Shown here: piece by piece, positions 56,877-64,000 of the stretch | Position numbering within the stretch: the first letter of the stretch is position 1 | How the letters are laid out: every line of letters begins with the position of its first letter | Source: Eledone cirrhosa | Taxonomy: Eukaryota | Assembly: GCA_964016885.1 (NCBI GenBank) | Contig: OZ024742.1 | Coordinates: 86,118,001-86,182,000 of the forward strand | DNA: 64,000 nt | Direction: 5' to 3' | The notes under the pieces: generated by a model | What the model was told of the DNA's origin: nothing | Databases searched by the model: none | The model's input: the letters and a program-made list of their open reading frames with translations, nothing else | Translations under genes and position numbers: made by a program

Positions 56877-59800
56877 ATGACCTCACTCAGAATAGGCAGC
56901 ATAAATGCGTGTGGCTTGGGGTCGTCATGGAAGCAGGGTCACCTGCTCAACGACCTCAGGTCACTAAACATAGATGTAGTGGCCATCAGCGAGCACGGGC
57001 CTTCGCGCCGATCTTCGGCGGCTACGATGTGTACGCAGCTCTCAGCCGTCCTGGATCGGGGGGTGGAGTTACTGTGCTTTTTTGGAGAGGTTTGGATCTC
57101 GCCATACGGGACATCTTCTTGGACCCAGAAGGTAAGTTGGCGGTGCTGGACGTGACCAGCGGAGAAGGGCAAGCTTTCAGGCTAGTGGCCGTCTATGCCC
57201 CGACAGGAGTAGGGCGGCCTGATTTCTTCGGCGTGTGGAGACTTTTCTAGGAACGTCCCGCTCTTTAGTGTTAGTGGGCGCCTGGAACGGTATCTTAGAT
57301 GCACGATGGGACTGTGTGGGATTAGCGGATAGGGGAGGAAGGTGCAAGAGCCTCACCAACCTGCTCAGGCGTTTTGAACTGTCTGACAGGTACCGATTGG
57401 ATTTCCCGAATGTGCCAATGTGGACTTGGAGAAATCGCATAGGGTCATCCAGATCATATCTAGATAGAGTAGTTTGTAACGAAATAGATAGGTCTAGCAT
57501 AAGCTGTCCAATATTCAAGATAGTCAGCTACACGGACCACACATTCGTGATCTGTATGCTTGACTTAGATGGGCTTCATAGACGAGGACACGGCTACTGG
57601 AAGCTAAACGCGTCCTTACCAGCGTGCAAGGCCTACAGAGACCGGATTAGCGATCTAGTTAAGCGAGTGTTGACAGGGGCCATCGTCAACAACAAGTGGT
57701 GGTTTGCTCTGAAAAGAGCGATTAGAATAGAGTCCATTAGGTTTAGTAAGGCTTTAGCTATAGAGAAACATAGAGCAGAGGGAGAACTAGTTAGAAAATT
57801 AGACGAGGCGCTTAGCAAAGGCAACGCTACCGACGTACTTGCAGCGAAATTGGCCCTTGTCCAATTCTTCAATGCAAAGCAAGAAGGCTGCATTGTCAGA
57901 GCTAGGGTGCGTGCTCTCAGACACGAGGGGACGAAAGCCGTTCAATTGGTCCGAGTAGCGGAGGCGCGTCGTGGCAACAAAGCCACGATCCGGTCTTTGG
58001 TGGACCACGGCGGGCGCATGCTACTCGATCCCGGGAAAATGTGTGAAGGTTTTCAGCGACACTTTGCTCAACTGTTCGGGGGAAGCCCCGGGCCTGATCG
58101 AGGGATTTACTTTAGTGTCTACATCGACGGACTGCCGCGGCTCTCGGCCACTGAGGCGGAGTGTTGCGAAAAGCCGATAACAACCGCTGAAGTACGGGAG
58201 GCAATGACTGGCTGCACAAGGGGTAAATCGCCTGGTTTGGATGGTCTGCCTATGAACTTTACGTACAAATGCCAGACTTGTTCGGAGGCCTCTTGGCGGA
58301 CGTCTACTGCAACTGGCAACAGAACGGGAGAATTCCCAGCTCTGTGAGCCGAGGAGCGGTGGCGCTGCTGAGAAAGGATCCGAATAAGGGGGATAACGTA
58401 GATAATTTCAGGCCAATAACTCTGCTAAACACAGAGTTCCAGATTTTGGCCAAGGTGCTAGCAAAGAGTTTTGCGCTTGTCATTGGTGCTATGGTGTGAG
58501 AGGCGCAGACATGCGCCATTCCCGACAGATCCATCCACGACAACCTCCACCTCATGCGATAGATCGTAGAGAGGGTCGCTAGGGAAGCTGGCACGGGTGG
58601 GTCCTTGATCAATTTAGATCAGCCGAAAGCTTTCGATACGGTCGAACATCGTTACCTAGCGGCAGTCCTGAGGGCGGCTGGCTTTGGGCCCGTCTTCAGA
58701 GGCTGGATCGCTGCCATGCACAGCGAAATCTGCTCTGTGGTGAGAGTGAACAGTCACCTTTCGGAAACGTTCAAATCATGCGCTCGGTCACCCAAGGATG
58801 TCCCCTCTCGTCCCTCTTGTACGTATTGACTCTCGAGCCATTACTGCACAAACTGGAGACGTTGAGGGGCGTCCCGCGCGAACTAGGATGCGGAAGATCC
58901 GTGTCAGCATATGCGGACGATGTCACTGTAGTGGTGTCGAACGCCAAACACATCGAGGCGATCGGCACTACACTAAGAGAATACAAAGCGGTGACAGGAG
59001 CAATGATCAACCACGAAAAGTCAGTGGGCCTGCAGCTCGGCACCTGGAGAGGAAGGTCCATGCCGTCCAACAGCGTGGTCGGAAGCTGGACGGACGGACC
59101 GCTTAAATTGCTAGGGGTCTGGTTCGGTCCGGATCTCCAGACTAACAAAAACTGGGACGAGTTGAGCAGGGTGGCTTCTGTCACGCAGAAATAGGCGGAG
59201 CGGAAGCTATCACTGAAAGGTCGAGCGCAGGTAGCTGACGCGTACATTGCGCGTCTGTCATCTGCTACCGCCCGACCGTCGTGCCTTGTCCTAAGCCCCG
59301 CCTGACTGCGCTGGAGCGTTTGCTCTTTCGCTTTTTGTGGAAGGAACGCGCTCCGATGCTCAGGCGGTGCATCTGTTGTCAACACCCGCTACGTGGAGGG
59401 CTGGGCATGCCGTGGCTGATGATGCGCAGACACGCGCTCAGGCTACGACATATCCACCTCTTCCTCGACGGTGATCAGGTGTGGTCGCCGTTTGCTAGAC
59501 ACGTCATTCCCCAGCTCGTTTCCTTGACCTGCTGCAGTCCTGGGTCAAGCGAAGACAGAGAGGGAGCGCTTGGAGACTGGAATGTATTCAAGCCCTCACA
59601 GCCCTCGAGCAATCGGGCAATATGATCGGTGGAAACTCCACTTCGGCATTCTATCAGGATTAGTGGAGGGGAAGATTGACGACGTACTTGGGGAAACTCT
59701 AGGCGTCGATGAAAATCAACTAGCCAATCTCTTCGGAAGAACTTTCGGGCCGGGGCCTATGGACAACTACCAGAAATCCCTGGCCTAGCAGTGCTACCGA

Positions 59801-60273
59801 TGAGCCTTGCCAGTTCGGGATAAACTCTACAGGCATGGAGGTGCCGTCAGCGGGCATGTCCGAGATGCGCGCACGGCGACGAAACCGTCCTGCACGCACT
59901 CGTCCAGTGTCCGAGAATTGCTGACTTGTGGGTTTATGTCGAACACCTGCTGTCGCGTGTAGGACGGATGCGGCTATCAGCTGAGTACATCGTGAGGATT
60001 GCCCCGCCCTCTGCCTTTAGCCGGGAAGGGCAGGCAGTTTTTATCTGTCTGGTGGCCATGGCGAAAGACGTAGTATGGTGGACACGTTTGAAAGGGCTGA
60101 AGACGAGCACTTACCTCTTCAGTGATGCCCTGATTGACTTTTTCAAATTTCATTTGAAAAGGAAAATCAGAGTAGAGAGGGAAGTGCTCTCTTCCCAGCA
60201 TTTTGTTGAAAGTTGGGTGAGAGAAGCAAGAATGGCCCGAGTGAATGGGTTTACTCTGAGTATGTGTCTGTAA
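56877..60273 (+). pseudogene. ORF2 APE endonuclease + RT + CCHC
   Basis: GSINACGL, DVVAISE, VYAP, SYLDR, TDH, YWKLN, KSPGLDGLP, NFRPITLLN, QGCPLS, AYADD, CPRC..ET..H..C. Multiple lesions. Confidence 0.92.
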
Positions 60274-60569
60274 ATTAAAGGTGGAAAACTGGGTGAGGGC
60301 ACTTGCCTTGGTGGTCAGGGTCACTGTGGCCTTTTAATGGGCTTTCTCCACAAATGTCCCTCCGAGGTCTCCCCCCTATTGGGGAATTTTTCATTGTTAT
60401 TTTTTTCGTTACATCCTCTGTTTTTGTTTTTTAAATGCAGAAATGCCCATTTGTACCGTCCTGTATTGTCCTGCACTGTCCTTAATGTCTACTTTATGTA
60501 AATCCTTGTGGTTAATAAAGAAATCATTATTATTATTATTATTACTATTATTATTATTATTATTATTAT

Positions 60570-60755
60570 GGGCGGTGTATTGGTAGTATCGGTAGAGGGT
60601 CGGACGCCATGCTTTCCAGCATAGTTACGTCCCTTTACGATCTGAGTTCAAATCCCGCCGAGGTTGACTTTGCCTTTCATCCTTACGGGGTCGATAAAAT
60701 AAAGTACCAGTAATGCACTGGGTAATTGCTGGCCTTGTGCCTAAAGTAGAAACAA
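60570..60755 (+). mobile_element. tRNA-derived SINE (octopod OK/OR-like, Meta-like core)
   Basis: A-box-like TGGTAGTATCGG, B-box GAGTTCAAATCC, core GCCTTTCATCCTT..GGGTCGATAAAATAAAGTACCAG; ATT tail. Confidence 0.88.
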
Positions 60756-60828
60756 TTACTATTATTATTATTGTATTTAGATATATATTAGAAATGTGTT
60801 TGGACGTCTATATGTAAGTGTATATATA

Positions 60829-61778
60829 CAGGCTGCGGACGGTATTTGTGGACAGATTTATGTTTTTTTTAAAAATGCGTATATAATAACAGAAAAAAAC
60901 TGTAATCTTATAAAAATAACATGAAGCTAAATCATCAATTTAATAATTTCATTAAATAAAACCACCATAAAAATCAATAACTGCCACTACACGGGGTCGA
61001 AATCGAAAGCTCGGATTAGGTGGTCCTTGTTCATATCGTACATGACTCGTACATGGCGGCTTTCAAAGCATCTTTGGTGCTATGGAGGTGTTCATTGTCA
61101 TTTTTCTCAAAGATGCATCATACATAGTAGTCCAGTGGATTGGCACCTGGAGAATTAGGAGGCCAAATGTTAGGGCTGATGTGATCTTGCAACATGATGT
61201 TAGTTTTGTGGTCCAGGTCAAAGTTTTTCTCATCTGAGAAAAACCAAATCACACCATCTTCTGATGGATTTTTAAGTTTGTTTAAAATTGTTTTGGATCT
61301 GATTGAATTCATTTCTTTTGTTTGTTTTTTCTGACATGTATTGACCTCTCCTCATCAAGATTTGTATCTGATGTCTTCATGCACAACATTTCTTATCGTT
61401 TTCTCTGACACACCAAATATTTGGTAATTGACCTCAATCATTTTCTGGATTGTCATCAATGTTTTGCTTAACTTGCTGAATACATTCCGGTGTCCTAATC
61501 GAATCGGAGCGTTTGAAATGTTTTTTTACGTTTTGATACAGATAATACGCTTCCATCTCTAACTTAAACAGTCGACAAAATATATTGCAACTTTCAGAAA
61601 ACGAGAAATTTCTAAATTCCCATGATTAGCCTTCAAAGCCACAATGACAGTATGCCTTTCCATTTCATTAGTATGCATATTTACTTTGATTGTTATTTTC
61701 TGAAATGGAAGCCCGATAAAAATTAGTCAAATAAAATAATCAATAAAATACATGTCCTCAAATACCATCCGAACCCTG
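60829..61778 (-). mobile_element. Tc1/mariner superfamily (maT/DD37D-like) element, internally deleted
   Basis: TA TSDs; TIRs CAGGCTGCGGACGGTATTTGTGGACA / CAGGGTTCGGATGGTATTTGAGGACA; WFFSDEKNF joined to WPPNSPGANPLDYYV with the second Asp region deleted. Confidence 0.88.
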
Positions 61779-61822
61779 TATTTCTTTTATTACGTATAAA
61801 TATATGTGTACCTGTAAAAATG

Positions 61823-61853
<31 letters not shown>

Positions 61854-62031
61854 TTAATACATTAACAGAGAAAGCTTTAAGCTATATTCTGACTGGCTTC
61901 CATCTCACTCAACAAACATTAGGATATACCTTAGTATAATCCCAATTTTACGTTTGGGGTGCCAACTATATGTATTTTGCGGATAGCCAGTTATATTATT
62001 TTATATGAGACAATTAAAATACATCTCCCTT

Positions 62032-62153
62032 TCCAAACAATTGTTTCATTATAAGATTTCTACAAGTTGGGAAAAACGTGTCCAGGTTATGTAGAAGCCT
62101 ACACATAGTCCGTAGGAATATATGCAGGTGGGTACTTATAAATCATCAGTGGA
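62032..62153 (-). ncRNA. Type I hammerhead with ~95-nt stem II domain
   Basis: UCCA-CUGAUGA-U-UUAUAAG..CUUAUAA-U-GAAA-CAAUUG-UU|UGGA. Confidence 0.88.
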
Positions 62154-62757
62154 TGCCCGTCAAACATCGACATAAAAATATTTTCTTACCGGTATCCAAT
62201 GTTCTTCGATGGTCCCCTTCCGTATCAGAATGGCCGCCAAATTTGAAATTCCAGCAGTCTCAGAATGAGAAATTTCACACTGTCATCAAGCGGAAAGGGG
62301 AGGTCATCGCGAAACATAAGAAAAGAAAATAATATGCACGCGGGTCAATTAATTCTTTCAATAATTTTAACCTTGCGTGTGAAGAACACAATTAGATTTA
62401 AAAAAATAAATATATGCATTTATTATTTATACACGCATATAGGTATTTTCTTAGGCTAAAAACAGAGATATGATACCAGAATAATAATCAATATTTCATA
62501 GAAATAATAAATACAGAAAGTTACACTTAAAAGGTATCTGGAAATAATCATCTCTGGCCAAATCAAGAGTATAATATTTAATACATTAACAGAGAGAGCT
62601 TTAAGCTATATTCTGACTGGCTTCCATCTCACTCGACAAACATTAGGATATACCTTAGTATAATCTCAATTTTACGTTTGGGGTGCCAACTATATGCATT
62701 TTGCGGATAGCCAGTTGCATTATTTTATATGAGACATAATTAAAATACATCTCCCTT

Positions 62758-62879
62758 TCCAAACAATTGTTTCATAATAAGATTTCTACAAGTTGGGAAA
62801 AATGTGTCCAGGTTCTGTAGAAGCCTACACATAGTCCGTAGGAATATATGCAGGTGGGCACTTATAAATCATCAGTGGA
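62758..62879 (-). ncRNA. Type I hammerhead (copy 2, intact core)
   Basis: Same as 62032-62153 with one mismatch in the base of stem II. Confidence 0.85.
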
Positions 62880-63177
62880 TGCCCGTCAAACATCGATATA
62901 AAAAAAATTTTCTTACCGATATCCAATGTTCTTCGATGGTCCCCTTCCGTATCAGAATGAACGCCAAATTTGAAATTCCAGCAGTCTCAGAATGAGAAAT
63001 TTCACACTGTCATCGAGCAGAAAGGGGAGGTCATCGCGAAACATTAGAAAATAAAATAATATGCACGCGGTTCAATTAATTTGTACAATAATTTTAACCT
63101 TGCGGGTGAAGAACTCAATTAGATTTAAAAAAAATAAATATATGCATTTATTATTTATACACGCATATAGGTATGTT

Positions 63178-63260
<83 letters not shown>

Positions 63261-63274
63261 AATTAAGTTAAAAA

Positions 63275-64000
63275 TGTACATCCGCATATGTATACTGAAA
63301 TACTAGTATGCATATGAATACACACACGTATACATATGTAGATGTACCAAGTCTTTCACTGCTTACTTTACTGTGAGTATCCAGCTATTATGTATGTAAA
63401 CACACAGACAAACCGGTTTTTAGAGTCATACTGGTTTTTGAGGAAACACCTTTCCTCTATTCTCCAGAAAGCCAGACAAGGAATATTGAACTAGTTTCGT
63501 TGTTGTTACAACTCATCAGCAATATTTACCTATCTACCGGCCTTTCTGGAGAATCGTAAAAGCACATATCGTTATATGCTTTTTCTATGAAAATTAGTAG
63601 TGGGCAGACTAATTTGCATAGAGTGTGAGTAAGTACCGGTTCAACGGAGACGATAAAAACAAATAACGAAACGACTACTAATTTTCATAGAAAAAGCATA
63701 TAACGATATGTGCTTTTACGATTCTCCAGAAAGGCCGGTAGATAGGTAAATATTGCTGATGAGTTGTAACAACAACGAAACTAGTTCAATATTCCTTGTC
63801 TGGCTTTCTGGAGAATAGAGGAAAGGTGTTTCCTCAAAAACCAGTATGACTCTAAAAACCGGTTTGTCTGTGTGTTTACATACATAATAGCTGGATACTC
63901 ACATTAAAGTAACCAGTGAAAGACTTGGTACATCTACATATGTATACGTGTGTGTATTTATATGCATACTAGTATTTCAGTATACATATGCGGATGTACA
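63275..64000. repeat. Young inverted repeat, arms 63275-63601 / 63674-64000+, 72-bp spacer
   Basis: About 3 mismatches seen in 327 bp; the right arm reaches the window edge. Confidence 0.95.
63749..63793 (+). ncRNA. Type I hammerhead (canonical); identical mirror copy 63482-63526 (-)
   Basis: AAUAUUG-CUGAUGA-GUUGU-aaca-ACAAC-GAAA-CUAG-UU|CAAUAUU. Confidence 0.92.

Larger units (their letters stand above)
54673..60525 (+). mobile_element. Full-length-sized Tx1/L1-clade LINE (ORF1 + APE-RT ORF2), pseudogenised, flanked by (ATT)n
   Basis: Two-ORF layout; AATAAA at 60514; ATT repeats at 54653-54672 and 60526-60569. Confidence 0.9.
61853..63180 (-). mobile_element. ORF-less HHR element: ~726-bp period, ~1.8 units, in (TA)n
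   Basis: 61853-62452 is highly similar to 62577-63180. Confidence 0.9.

Noticed and set aside
60570-60665. tRNA gene
   Set aside because: A/B boxes belong to a SINE head; there is no cloverleaf and the body is shared with other copies.

Overview
Eukaryotic, AT-rich, microsatellite-dense DNA with no host gene I can identify. The tRNA-derived SINE resembles octopod cephalopod SINEs (inference). Most long ORF-track entries are microsatellite artefacts or decayed TE frames. Mobile elements present: several Penelope-like elements (PLEs; GIY-YIG and RT remnants, including Naiad-like CxCx5C/CxxC types), an R4/Dong-clade RLE retrotransposon in (ACAT)n, a Tx1/L1-clade LINE in (ATT)n, RTE LINE fragments with their non-autonomous partner, a CR1-like fragment, a truncated Helitron, a maT-like Tc1/mariner element and tRNA-SINEs. 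The dominant hidden signal is non-coding. Reading both strands by eye I find about 30 type I hammerhead ribozyme (HHR) motifs in about 17 sequence families, roughly one per 2 kb. They show U3-A8 core covariation, palindromic (dimer-type) or looped stem III, and very long stem II insertions. They sit in long inverted repeats or in ORF-less 1.3-1.8x tandem units of 435-726 nt bounded by (TA)n, which suggests a retrozyme-like/non-autonomous PLE system. Coordinates were counted by hand; element boundaries are approximate.
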